Shown here piece after piece: positions 41,743 to 51,241 of a stretch of DNA of 64,000 bases. Numbering within the stretch: position 1 is the stretch's first letter; every line of letters starts with the position of its first letter. The notes below the pieces were generated by a model. It saw only the letters and a list, made by a program, of their open reading frames with translations, ran no database searches and was not told where the DNA came from. This DNA is from an uncultured Alphaproteobacteria bacterium (GTDB taxonomy: Bacteria > Pseudomonadota > Alphaproteobacteria > CAAGCB01 > CAG-977): NCBI GenBank assembly GCA_944393745.1, contig CALYBD010000007.1, forward strand, positions 561 to 64,560. Direction: 5' to 3'. A program made the position numbers and the translations under genes.

Positions 41743-42150
41743 ATGAAACGTCTGGGAACGCTTTTTTTTGTTTTTGTTTTATCGGGCTGCTGGCTGACGG
41801 TTCCGAATTCTTCCATGCCTTTCGGGGCGGCGCCGCTGACCGTCTGGGGTGCCGGTGAAGCCGTTTCCTATTTGGCAACCGGGAAAATTATGGAAGACAA
41901 CATTGCCTCTGCTTTTACGGGCAAAGATTGTTCTTTGGGACGCAAACTCAGCGGCGAAGGCAAATATTGCATGACCGAACTGGAAATCGAACGCGCCAAT
42001 CGTCCGATATGGAGCATTCAAAAAATATATTGTTACCAGACATTGGCGGCGCCAAGCTGCTATACACAACCCAGCCCGCACCCCTCGGACAGGTTGATCG
42101 GTATTTATGAAAGACCTGTTTTCCCGGTTTCGGCGCCGGCTTACGATTGA
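41743..42150 (+). CDS. Hypothetical lipoprotein with Cys pairs
   Basis: Lipobox LSGC; KDCS...KYC; YCYQTLAAPSCY. Confidence 0.75.
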   Translation: MKRLGTLFFVFVLSGCWLTVPNSSMPFGAAPLTVWGAGEAVSYLATGKIMEDNIASAFTGKDCSLGRKLSGEGKYCMTELEIERANRPIWSIQKIYCYQTLAAPSCYTQPSPHPSDRLIGIYERPVFPVSAPAYD

Positions 42151-42335
42151 TTTTTTATTTTAATAAAACGATACAGCTTTTGTTTTGATTCACCTGCTTT
42201 TTTATATTCGGCAGAGGGTTCTTTCATGGCGATGTATAAAAAAGGAACTTGTTTTTCACAAACCGAATGAAGTACGCTGTCGCCTTGAACAAAAGAACGT
42301 TTGCTGTTATTTTTTTGTTGTGGTGTTTTTTTCAT
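42141..42335 (-). CDS. Possible small hypothetical protein (64 aa)
   Basis: GGAG RBS before MKKTPQQKNNSKRSFVQGDSVLHSVCEK...; fills an otherwise empty gap. Confidence 0.35.
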   Translation of the reverse strand: MKKTPQQKNNSKRSFVQGDSVLHSVCEKQVPFLYIAMKEPSAEYKKAGESKQKLYRFIKIKNQS

Positions 42336-42385
42336 GAAATAAAACTCCGTCAACGTTACGATTCGGATCACAGGTTTAACACAAA

Positions 42386-42799
42386 ATGCTAAAAAAGCTA
42401 TTTGATTCTTTTTTTCTTTTATTTTCTTCGGGAATTTTGATGCACCGTTCAACGGTTATCGGCGTTTTATGCGGTCTTTGGGTTTTTTTCGGCATTGCCC
42501 CCGACGAAAGCGTGTTGAAACGGACTTTAACACTTGATTTGTATTTATTTATGGCTTCTTTCCTGATTTTTTACAGACTCTTATTCAAAAAAATAGAAAA
42601 ACCCAACGGGGATCTTGATCTTCACGCCATGTCTGTTTGCTTTTTGGGGGATTTTGCCTGGGCCGTTGCGGCAATGTTCTGTTCAATCCCGTTTTTTATG
42701 TTTTTCAGCTATTCCGAAGGAACGGATTATTCCGAACAGGCACGCGCCGCTATTAACCCCCGCGGCCTGATGAAAAAATACCACATTCCCGTCAGGTGA
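42386..42799 (+). CDS. Hypothetical membrane protein
   Basis: Several hydrophobic segments; abuts rlmN. Confidence 0.65.
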   Translation: MLKKLFDSFFLLFSSGILMHRSTVIGVLCGLWVFFGIAPDESVLKRTLTLDLYLFMASFLIFYRLLFKKIEKPNGDLDLHAMSVCFLGDFAWAVAAMFCSIPFFMFFSYSEGTDYSEQARAAINPRGLMKKYHIPVR

Positions 42800-42806
42800 G
42801 CTTCCT

Positions 42807-43862
42807 ATGAATCTGATCGGACTTTCACGCGCCGAACTGCAGGCGGAACTGGAAAAACTGGGCGAAAAACCTTTTCGCGCAAAACAACTGTGGCACTGGA
42901 TTTACTGGCAGGGTAAAACGAATTTCGATGAAATGACCAGTTTGGGCAAACCGCTGCGTCAAAAACTGCAGGAAAGCAGCTATACCCTGAAACGCCCCGA
43001 AATCATACGCGAACAAAACGCCGCCGACCGCACACGCAAATGGCTGTTTCAATTTGATGACGGTCAAAGCGTTGAAACCGTTTATATCCCGGAAGAAGAT
43101 CGCGGCGCCGTCTGCCTGTCGACGCAGGTCGGCTGCCCGAACGGCTGTCTGTTTTGCCATACGGGTTCCCAAAAACTGACGCGAAACCTGACTGCCGGCG
43201 AAATTGTCGCCCAGTTTATGGCCGCGCGTGACAGCTACGGCGAATGGCCTTCGCCGGCACAAGAGACCAGATACCTTTCAAATATCGTTGTGATGGGAAT
43301 GGGCGAACCTTTGCTGAATTATGAAAATGTCAAAAAAGCTTTGCTGATCATCATGGACGCGGAAGGCATTTCCATTTCCCGGCGGCGTATTACGCTGTCT
43401 ACCTGCGGCATTGTTCCGGTTATTCCCCGGGTGGCGCAGGATCTGGGGGTCAAACTGGCCGTCAGTCTGCACGCGCCGACAAACGAGATTCGCGACCGGA
43501 TTATGCCGATCAACCGAAAATATCCGCTGGAAGAATTGATGAAAGCCTGCAAACAGTTTCAGGAAATCGGCGGAACACGACAATATATCACCATGGAATA
43601 CGTGATGCTGGACGGCATTAACGATTCTGATGCCGACGCCAGGGAATTAATGCGGCTGGTCAAAGGGTTGGCCGTCAAATTCAATTTAATTCCGTTTAAC
43701 GAATGGCAAGGGTGTCCGTTTAAATCCTCTGATGAAAAGCGGATTAAACGTTTTTCGGCTTTATTGGAAGAACACAATTACGCGGCGCCCGTACGTCAGT
43801 CGCGCGGCCAGGAAATCATGGCCGCCTGCGGACAGTTAAAATCGACACGGCCGAGCGCATAA
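42807..43862 (+). CDS. rlmN: Dual-specificity RNA methyltransferase RlmN
   Basis: [32 protein letters not shown]. Confidence 0.97.
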   Translation: MNLIGLSRAELQAELEKLGEKPFRAKQLWHWIYWQGKTNFDEMTSLGKPLRQKLQESSYTLKRPEIIREQNAADRTRKWLFQFDDGQSVETVYIPEEDRGAVCLSTQVGCPNGCLFCHTGSQKLTRNLTAGEIVAQFMAARDSYGEWPSPAQETRYLSNIVVMGMGEPLLNYENVKKALLIIMDAEGISISRRRITLSTCGIVPVIPRVAQDLGVKLAVSLHAPTNEIRDRIMPINRKYPLEELMKACKQFQEIGGTRQYITMEYVMLDGINDSDADARELMRLVKGLAVKFNLIPFNEWQGCPFKSSDEKRIKRFSALLEEHNYAAPVRQSRGQEIMAACGQLKSTRPSA

Positions 43863-43929
43863 AACGTCTTTATTTCAAAAGCGCAGCCTGCTAAAATGTT
43901 TCGGGAAAGCCATTTTGCAGGAGCTTAAC

Positions 43930-44634
43930 GTGGGAAATAAAATCGCTTTAATTGATGATGACCAAAATATACTGACTTCCGTTTCCATGATCCTGGAAGA
44001 AGAAGGATATGAAGTCTTTACCTATACCGACGGTCTTTCCGGACTGGAAGGCGTGTTAAAAGAACAGGTTTCCTTAGTCGTTCTGGATATCAAAATGCCG
44101 CGTATGGACGGTATGGAAACACTGCAGGAACTGCGAAAAAAATCAAACGTTCCCGTTATTTTCCTGACCAGTAAAGAAGACGAAATCGATGAACTGTGCG
44201 GTTTGCGCATGGGGGCAGACGATTATATCAGAAAACCGTTTTCACCTAATTTGCTGATTGCCCGAATTAAAACGTTGATCCGGCGTACGGATCCCGTTTT
44301 GACGAAAGGTGCCGACGGCGAGGAAGAAGACGTCATTATAAAACGCGGTGCACTGGAAATGAATAAAACACGTCATCTGTGTTTATGGAAAAACCAGCCG
44401 GTTGATCTGACCATCACCGAATTTTTAATGTTGTATGCTCTGGTTGAAAAAACAGGAATGGTAAAGACGCGCGATCAACTGATCGACAGCGCTTACGGTT
44501 CAAACGTCTACATTGACGACCGCACGGTTGACAGCCACATCAAACGGCTGCGCAAAAAATTTAAAGACATCGACAAAGATTTTGCCTGTATTGAAACACT
44601 TTACGGTGTCGGATATCGTTATCGGGAAGGATAA
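43930..44634 (+). CDS. chvI: OmpR-family response regulator ChvI
   Basis: [49 protein letters not shown]; GTG start after GGAG. Confidence 0.93.
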   Translation: MGNKIALIDDDQNILTSVSMILEEEGYEVFTYTDGLSGLEGVLKEQVSLVVLDIKMPRMDGMETLQELRKKSNVPVIFLTSKEDEIDELCGLRMGADDYIRKPFSPNLLIARIKTLIRRTDPVLTKGADGEEEDVIIKRGALEMNKTRHLCLWKNQPVDLTITEFLMLYALVEKTGMVKTRDQLIDSAYGSNVYIDDRTVDSHIKRLRKKFKDIDKDFACIETLYGVGYRYREG

Positions 44635-44640
44635 TTTTCT

Positions 44641-46407
44641 GTGTCCTGCATCAGCAGTCCATTTAAAAACATCTGTTGGTATTTCAGACAAAAATGGGCA
44701 GATTTAAAAAACTTTCCCGTCATCAGCTCTCCTTTGTCATGGCGATTGCTGCTGTTAAATTTATTGGCGCCGGCTTTGTTGGTTGCCGGGTTGTTGTACA
44801 TGGATCATTATCAAAAAGGATTGATCGAGGCTGAAATCAAGATCTTGAAAATCCAGGCCGAGCTAATGGCCGTCGCCGTCAGCGAAGGCGCCGTCAATTC
44901 CGAATTTATTTCTTCGCTGCTGCCGGCGGAAGAAGAACGAAAAGAAGAAGACGGCTATGTTTTTGATTCCCAAAAAACAAAATCATATTTTTCAAACTTC
45001 GGATCTTCCGGAAATCTTCGAACGCGTATGCCGCGGGAATTTTTCCGCTTGCTGCCCGATGCGGCCCGCCGCATACTACTGCGTTTGCCGTCGCTGGACA
45101 CAGTTCGCGTCCGACTGTTTGACCATAACGGCGTTTTAACGGCCGATAGTCGGTTGAGCGGAGAAAACCTGCTGCCGCAAGTAACAATCGAAGACAGCGA
45201 TTCTTTTTGGAAAAATTTATTCGGTACAAACAACCTGCCGCGTTACGATGAACCGCAAAATCAGACGGCTTTTGATTATCAGGAAGTCGGCGCCGCCCTC
45301 GGAGACGGTGTTTTTTCATTTGAAATCAGATATTTAGAAGGGTACGGCCGTATTCTAAGCGTTGCCGTCCCCGTCGTTTTCGAAGACCAGATCGTCGGCG
45401 CCATTATGGTTACGGGCGGCATTGAAAACGTGTTAAAAAATTTAATTGCTTTCCGTCTGGCGGTTTTCAGGTTATTCGGCTTGGCGCTTGTTGTTACAAT
45501 TTTGCTGTCTTATTTCATGATGCGTACGATTGTCATGCCTTTGAATCGGTTATCAACGGCGGCTGTGAATATCCGTGTCAGCGGCGGCAGACGCCAAATG
45601 ATCCCCGATGAAACCAAACGGCATGATGAAATCGGCGTTTTATCGGGCGCTTTGATCAAAATGACGGATACGTTATGGGAACGTCTGGATGCGACCGAAC
45701 GTTTTGCCGCCGATGTATCGCACGAAATTAAAAATCCGTTGTCGTCAATGCGCAGCGCCATTGAAACGATTGACCATATTTCAAATGAAGAAAAGAAAAA
45801 ACGTCTGATTTCCATCGTACATGAAGACGTTTTGCGCCTGGATCGTTTAATTACGGATATATCCAACCTGTCGCGTCTGGACGCCGAATTGTCCCGTGAA
45901 GTATTTGAAGTCATTAATATTTACAAGCTTTTGTCTTCCGTCATAGAGGTTTACAACTTGGGCGAAGCGGCAACAAAAAGAAATATCAAATTCGTTTTGC
46001 TTTGGGAATCGAGCCTGCCCAAAAACATTATGATCTTGGGTATGGAAACCCGTTTGGCGCAGGTGTTTTATAATTTAATCAGTAACGCCATTTCTTTTTC
46101 GCCCGACAATTCAACAATCAGCGTTTCCGCCTGTATGAAAAACAACCTGCTGGAACTGCGTTTTAACGATGAAGGCCCGGGAATACCGCCCGGCGATGAA
46201 AAAAAATTATTTCAACGTTTTTATTGTGAACGCCCGACGGAAGAACAGTTCGGTCATCATTCCGGTTTAGGATTGTCCATTTCCGAAAAAATCATTTCGG
46301 GATTGAACGGCACAATCTATGCGGAGAATCGAATCGATGACGGCGGGCGGATTTTAGGGGCTTCTTTTGTTATTTTGCTGCCGCCCTTTAAAGGAAAAGC
46401 GGAATGA
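44641..46407 (+). CDS. chvG: Sensor histidine kinase ChvG
   Basis: SPLSWRLLLLNLL N-terminus, ADVSHEIKNPLSSMRSA, HSGLGLSIS; downstream of chvI. Confidence 0.9.
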   Translation: MSCISSPFKNICWYFRQKWADLKNFPVISSPLSWRLLLLNLLAPALLVAGLLYMDHYQKGLIEAEIKILKIQAELMAVAVSEGAVNSEFISSLLPAEEERKEEDGYVFDSQKTKSYFSNFGSSGNLRTRMPREFFRLLPDAARRILLRLPSLDTVRVRLFDHNGVLTADSRLSGENLLPQVTIEDSDSFWKNLFGTNNLPRYDEPQNQTAFDYQEVGAALGDGVFSFEIRYLEGYGRILSVAVPVVFEDQIVGAIMVTGGIENVLKNLIAFRLAVFRLFGLALVVTILLSYFMMRTIVMPLNRLSTAAVNIRVSGGRRQMIPDETKRHDEIGVLSGALIKMTDTLWERLDATERFAADVSHEIKNPLSSMRSAIETIDHISNEEKKKRLISIVHEDVLRLDRLITDISNLSRLDAELSREVFEVINIYKLLSSVIEVYNLGEAATKRNIKFVLLWESSLPKNIMILGMETRLAQVFYNLISNAISFSPDNSTISVSACMKNNLLELRFNDEGPGIPPGDEKKLFQRFYCERPTEEQFGHHSGLGLSISEKIISGLNGTIYAENRIDDGGRILGASFVILLPPFKGKAE

Positions 46408-46838
46408 CATTAATGTATGCTTCCTGCGTTGAATTTATGAAAGCCGGCCTGCTGATCTGCGGGCCGACAGGATCCGGAAAATCGGATTTATGCCTGCGTT
46501 TGATTGATGCGGGAGCCAAGCTCGTGTCCGATGATCAGACCATTGTTGAAAACCGCAACGGAAAACTGATCGCCGGCGCCCCCGATTCTATCAAGGGAAT
46601 GTTGGAAATCAGAGAAATAGGAATTGTTGAAACGCCTTTTATTGACAAAACGGAAATTCGATTAAAGTTAGACTTGCAGTCTTTTGTTAAAATCGACAGA
46701 ATGCCTGAAATGCGTACGGAGTCAATCGAAAATGTCGCAATTCCTGTTTTTTGCCTGGACGCTTTTTCGGTTTCCGCCGTGATTAAGATCAAAACGTTTT
46801 TATCAATTCAGGAACAAAAAAGGAAAATCATCACATGA
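46404..46838 (+). CDS. hprK: Short alphaproteobacterial HPr kinase/phosphorylase
   Basis: GPTGSGKSDL, LVSDD, LEIREIGI. Confidence 0.88.
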   Translation: MTLMYASCVEFMKAGLLICGPTGSGKSDLCLRLIDAGAKLVSDDQTIVENRNGKLIAGAPDSIKGMLEIREIGIVETPFIDKTEIRLKLDLQSFVKIDRMPEMRTESIENVAIPVFCLDAFSVSAVIKIKTFLSIQEQKRKIIT

Positions 46839-47701
46839 AACGGATTGTCATCGTCAGCGGTTTATCGGGTGCCGGAAAGACCAGCGTTTTAAAAATTCTG
46901 GAAGATTTGGGATTCGAAGTTATTGACAATCTGCCTTTATCCGTTTTGCGTCAGGTAATTTCCGGGACAAAGCCCGATTCTTCCGTTGCTTTGGGTGTTG
47001 ATGCCAGAACGCGCGACTTTGACTGTGAAACGCTTTGCGCCATCTGCACGGAAATAAAAAAAGACAACGACATTGCCGAAAAAATTATTTTCCTGGATTG
47101 CGATGACGAAAAACTGCTGCGCCGGTTTACGGAAACCAGACGATCCCATCCGTTGGCTAAAAATAAAAAACTGAGCGACGGAATTGCACTGGAACGCCGG
47201 CTTATGTCTTCTTTGCGGGAAAAATCAGACATTATCATCGATACGACGGACATGAAAATTTCTCAGCTGCGGTCTGCCGTTCAATCGGAATTTAATACGG
47301 AAGAGTCCGGAAAAATCACCGTTTCCGTTATTTCTTTTTCATACCGGGAAGGCCTGCCGCGCGAAGCCGATCTGGTCTTTGACGTACGATTTTTGCGCAA
47401 CCCTTATTATGATCCCGAACTGCGCCCTTTGACCGGAAAAACTGACGAAGTCGGCGCCTATATTGAACAAGACCCCGATTATTCGTCTTTTTTTAACCGG
47501 TTAAAAGATCTTATTTCTTTGCTGTTGCCCCGTTTTCAACAGGAAGGAAAAACCCATCTGACAATTGCGGTCGGGTGTACGGGCGGAAAACATCGCTCTG
47601 TTTATACGGCGGAACAACTTTATAAATGGCTTTTGGATCAAAAAAAGTGTATTGTAACTTTAACCCATCGGGAATTAGATAAAAACAAACAGGAAAAATA
47701 A
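46835..47701 (+). CDS. rapZ: RapZ/YvcJ-family P-loop protein
   Basis: GLSGAGKT, IDNLP, DVRFLRNP, GCTGGKHRSV. Confidence 0.93.
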   Translation: MKRIVIVSGLSGAGKTSVLKILEDLGFEVIDNLPLSVLRQVISGTKPDSSVALGVDARTRDFDCETLCAICTEIKKDNDIAEKIIFLDCDDEKLLRRFTETRRSHPLAKNKKLSDGIALERRLMSSLREKSDIIIDTTDMKISQLRSAVQSEFNTEESGKITVSVISFSYREGLPREADLVFDVRFLRNPYYDPELRPLTGKTDEVGAYIEQDPDYSSFFNRLKDLISLLLPRFQQEGKTHLTIAVGCTGGKHRSVYTAEQLYKWLLDQKKCIVTLTHRELDKNKQEK

Positions 47702-47702
47702 C

Positions 47703-48104
47703 ATGATAGGCTTGATTTTAGTTTCTCACAGACATTTGGCCGAAGAGATGAAGGCCGTAATGGAACACGTTGTCGGACCACAGGAAAATGTTGAAACCGT
47801 CAGTATTTTTCCGACAGACGATATGGAACAGCGCCGCACGGAAATCCAGGAAAAAATCGCGAAAGTCGACAGCGGTGACGGCGTTATCGTTTTAACCGAT
47901 ATGTTTGGCGGAACCCCTTCGAATCTGGCGATATCCATGATGACGCAGGATAATGTCGAGGTTCTGGCCGGCATGAATTTACCGATGCTGATCAAGCTGG
48001 CGCAGGTTCGTTCGAATCAAAAATTAAAGGAAGCAACTTTAAGCGCTCAGGAAGCCGGCAAAAAATATATTAACGTTGCCTCGGCTTTGCTCAATCACGG
48101 TTAA
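47703..48104 (+). CDS. PTS EIIA component, mannose/fructose family (ManX-like)
   Basis: MIGLILVSH, LTDMFGGTPSN, AGMNLPML. Confidence 0.92.
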   Translation: MIGLILVSHRHLAEEMKAVMEHVVGPQENVETVSIFPTDDMEQRRTEIQEKIAKVDSGDGVIVLTDMFGGTPSNLAISMMTQDNVEVLAGMNLPMLIKLAQVRSNQKLKEATLSAQEAGKKYINVASALLNHG

Positions 48105-48115
48105 GGAACGTTTAA

Positions 48116-48394
48116 ATGACGGCAGCCGGGGTTTCCAAAACACTGAAAATCATCAATGAGAAAGGACTGCACGCCCGCGCGGCGGCAGCGTTCGTCAGAA
48201 CGGCGGATTCCTTTGATGCGGAAGTCTGCGTCGAAAAAGACGAACAGGAAGTCTCCGGCCATTCTATCATGGGATTAATGATGCTGGGGGCAGCGTGTGA
48301 TTCGGAAATAAAGGTCGTCTGTTCCGGAAAAGAAGCTCAAAAGGCACTTAACGCATTGGAAAAACTGGTCAATGACAAATTCAACGAAAATTAA
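48116..48394 (+). CDS. ptsH: Phosphocarrier protein HPr/NPr
   Basis: GLHARAA (His15), SIMGLMML (Ser46). Confidence 0.95.
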   Translation: MTAAGVSKTLKIINEKGLHARAAAAFVRTADSFDAEVCVEKDEQEVSGHSIMGLMMLGAACDSEIKVVCSGKEAQKALNALEKLVNDKFNEN

Positions 48395-50198
48395 AAAGCT
48401 GCCGGCTTTTTCCAAACGCCGCAGAACCGGTCAAAGCATTTGTCCTCTGGACGGGGTGGAAATCGTCCGAGAAGGCACGGGCGTATCGCCGGGCATCGTG
48501 ATCGGCAGAGTTTTCATCTATGATACTTTGCTGAAAACCGTTCCTCAGTATAAAATCTGCGAAGAAGAAGTGCCGGCAGAACAACAGCGTTTTTTAAATG
48601 CGGTTCAGGACACATTGCATCAGTTTGATGTTATTTTGGACAAAGCCAAAGACATCTTTGAAGGCGATCCGCTCAGCTCTTTGTTTGACGTTTACCGTCA
48701 TATGCTGAAAGGTTCCCGTTTAATCCGCGGCGTATGCAACCGTATTAAAAACGCCCAGATCAATGCCGAAGCTGCCGTTCAAACGGAAATTGCCGCCATT
48801 GCAGATGTTTTTGCGACAATGAACGATTCTTATATTTCAGCCAGAATAGAAGATATTCGCAGTGTCGGCGCCAAAATCATAAGAAATTTGCAATCCGAAG
48901 CCAAAGAAAAAAAGATTCATCTGCCAGAAAACGCCGTTATTATTGCCAATGACCTCAGCGCGGCGGATACGGCGCTGTTGAATTTGAAAAAAATATCTGC
49001 TTTTGTTATTACCGGCGGATCGGCGCAAAGTCATACGGCGTTGTTGGCGCGATCTTTGGGAATGCCCGCCATTGTAGGTATTCCCGATTTGATGCGAATT
49101 GCCCAAACCGGCGATATTATTATTATTGACGGCACATACGGCAAAGTTATTCTGTGCCCGACACAGGAAAATATAGATCTTTACCGAAAATACCGGTCGG
49201 ATTTTTTACGTTGGAAACGGTCGTTAAAACGCCTCAGAAGCCAGCCGTCCGTTACCTCGGATCAAGTTTTTATTCGCCTGAAGGGAAATATTGACCTGCC
49301 GCATGAAGTTGATTTCCTGTTACAAACCGGCGTTGACGGCATCGGGTTAATACGCAGCGAATATATGTTTTTAAACCGCCGGGATATGCCCGGAGAAGAT
49401 GAACAGTTTGAAATTCTGCGCACGATTGCTTCGCGCATGGAAGGCAAACCGATTACCTTCAGAACTTTTGATGTCGGCGGGGACAAAAGTCCCGATATTT
49501 TGCATACGCCGAAAACAGAAAATCCCGCTTTGGGGTTGCGCGGTATTCGCTTTGCCCTGAAAACGCAAGGACTGTTAAAAATGCAGTTTCGCGCCGTGCT
49601 CAGGGCCTGTTGTTTCGGCGACATACAAATTCTGCTGCCGATGGTGACTTCCGTTGAAGAAATTACCACGGCAAAAAAGCTGCTGGCGGAATGCGCCGAA
49701 GAGCTTAGGGAAAAAAACATTCCCCTGCCCGATCAGATGCCGCGTTTAGGGGTTATGATCGAAACGCCCGCAGCGGCGCTGGAAGTTGAAACTTTAGCAG
49801 GAAATTGCGATTTTTTATCAATCGGAACGAACGACCTGATTCAATATACACTGGCCGTTGACAGAACGGATTCATCGGTTGCACCTTTGTTTAATCCGTT
49901 GCATCCCTCAATCCTGAAATTATTAAAAAGAACCGCCGACGCGGCAAATACAGCGCATATTCCCGTCAGCATCTGTGGTGAAATGGCATCAAATCACCGT
50001 TATGCCGCCGTGTTGATCGGATTGGGTATTCATGAATTATCAATGCCTGCAATTAATATCCCGATGGTCAAAGAAAGAATCAGATCTTTAAGCCTGGCCG
50101 AAACGGAACATTTTGCAAATCGCCTCTTGTCGCTTTGCATGCCGTCAGATATTGTCAAAACATTCAATGATTTTGAAGAAGGAGCCAGATTTTATTAA
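48372..50198 (+). CDS. ptsI: PEP-protein phosphotransferase (Enzyme I, no GAF domain)
   Basis: SHTALLAR phospho-His, GLIRSEYMF, ENPALGLRGIR, SIGTNDLIQY, SICGEMA. Confidence 0.95.
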   Translation: MTNSTKIKKLPAFSKRRRTGQSICPLDGVEIVREGTGVSPGIVIGRVFIYDTLLKTVPQYKICEEEVPAEQQRFLNAVQDTLHQFDVILDKAKDIFEGDPLSSLFDVYRHMLKGSRLIRGVCNRIKNAQINAEAAVQTEIAAIADVFATMNDSYISARIEDIRSVGAKIIRNLQSEAKEKKIHLPENAVIIANDLSAADTALLNLKKISAFVITGGSAQSHTALLARSLGMPAIVGIPDLMRIAQTGDIIIIDGTYGKVILCPTQENIDLYRKYRSDFLRWKRSLKRLRSQPSVTSDQVFIRLKGNIDLPHEVDFLLQTGVDGIGLIRSEYMFLNRRDMPGEDEQFEILRTIASRMEGKPITFRTFDVGGDKSPDILHTPKTENPALGLRGIRFALKTQGLLKMQFRAVLRACCFGDIQILLPMVTSVEEITTAKKLLAECAEELREKNIPLPDQMPRLGVMIETPAAALEVETLAGNCDFLSIGTNDLIQYTLAVDRTDSSVAPLFNPLHPSILKLLKRTADAANTAHIPVSICGEMASNHRYAAVLIGLGIHELSMPAINIPMVKERIRSLSLAETEHFANRLLSLCMPSDIVKTFNDFEEGARFY

Positions 50199-50199
50199 A

Positions 50200-51087
50200 A
50201 TGCAGGATCTGAATATTGGTTTAATTTGTATTGTTTGTTCTGCGGTTTTACTGATTGTTATTGCATTAATTATCTTTTTCCGCCGTGAAATGCCGCCGTT
50301 TCAAACGGTTTTGATCAGCGGCTCACCGGCACAGGTATGGGCTTATCTGAAAAACGGTGCCGATCCGAACGGGCGTGATGAATACGGCATTACGCCATTA
50401 ATGGTTGCCGCAGCCTATAATAAAAACGCAAAAGTAACCGATATTCTTTTAAAAGCCGGCGGATCCGTTTCGGCAAAAGACGCCGAAGGGCTGACCGCCT
50501 TATTTCATGCCATCAAAAATAATGCACCTCAGAAGACATTGGATTTATTGGTAAAACGCGGCAGCAATCTGTATGATAAAACAAATAACGGGCAATCGGC
50601 TTTTACCGTTGCCTTATCAAACAAGCCGTCTGCTTCTCTTTTGGTTTGGCTGAAAAATCGCGGTATGGATATTAATGAGCGCGACAGAAACGGTTTAACG
50701 CCATTAATGCACGCCATCACGCAAAATGTTTCCGTTAATATTGTCAAGACTTTGTTGTCATTGGGGGCTCATGTATCCGATCGTGCCGAATTCGGCGTTA
50801 CACCGCTGATGCTGGCTGCCGGAAAAAATTTAAATCCCAACATCTTAACGGTTTTATTGGAAAACGGCGCCGGCATTGACGACCGCAGCGCCGAAGGATT
50901 AACCCCGTTAATGTATGCCGCGGCATTTAATCCGAATCCGGAAACCGTTGACGTTTTGATTGACTGCGGTGCCAGAATTCCTTTGGAAGATAAAGACGGC
51001 AATACGGCTTTGGATTATGCCAAAAACAATCCGAAATTATATGAAACGGAAACCTACTGGCGGTTAAACAACCTCAGTTACGAATAA
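50200..51087 (+). CDS. Membrane-anchored ankyrin repeat protein
   Basis: N-terminal TM then repeated G.TPLM.AA..N / D..G.T.L ankyrin units; ATG 1 nt after the ptsI stop. Confidence 0.88.
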   Translation: MQDLNIGLICIVCSAVLLIVIALIIFFRREMPPFQTVLISGSPAQVWAYLKNGADPNGRDEYGITPLMVAAAYNKNAKVTDILLKAGGSVSAKDAEGLTALFHAIKNNAPQKTLDLLVKRGSNLYDKTNNGQSAFTVALSNKPSASLLVWLKNRGMDINERDRNGLTPLMHAITQNVSVNIVKTLLSLGAHVSDRAEFGVTPLMLAAGKNLNPNILTVLLENGAGIDDRSAEGLTPLMYAAAFNPNPETVDVLIDCGARIPLEDKDGNTALDYAKNNPKLYETETYWRLNNLSYE

Positions 51088-51240
51088 CTAACGCACGTCC
51101 TTGGGAACATAATTTCCTTCAAAAACAGAACCATAAGAATCCGTTGTCCTGTATGTCGGAATATCGTACAAGTTCCGGCAGGCCGAAGTTCCCAAAAAAA
51201 GTCCCAACATCATCAACAGAAAAAAAAGTTTCTTTTTCAT
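51088..51240 (-). CDS. Small hypothetical lipoprotein (50 aa)
   Basis: MKKKLFFLLMMLGLFLGTSAC lipobox; directly downstream of lnt. Confidence 0.65.
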   Translation of the reverse strand: MKKKLFFLLMMLGLFLGTSACRNLYDIPTYRTTDSYGSVFEGNYVPKDVR

Positions 51241-51241
51241 C

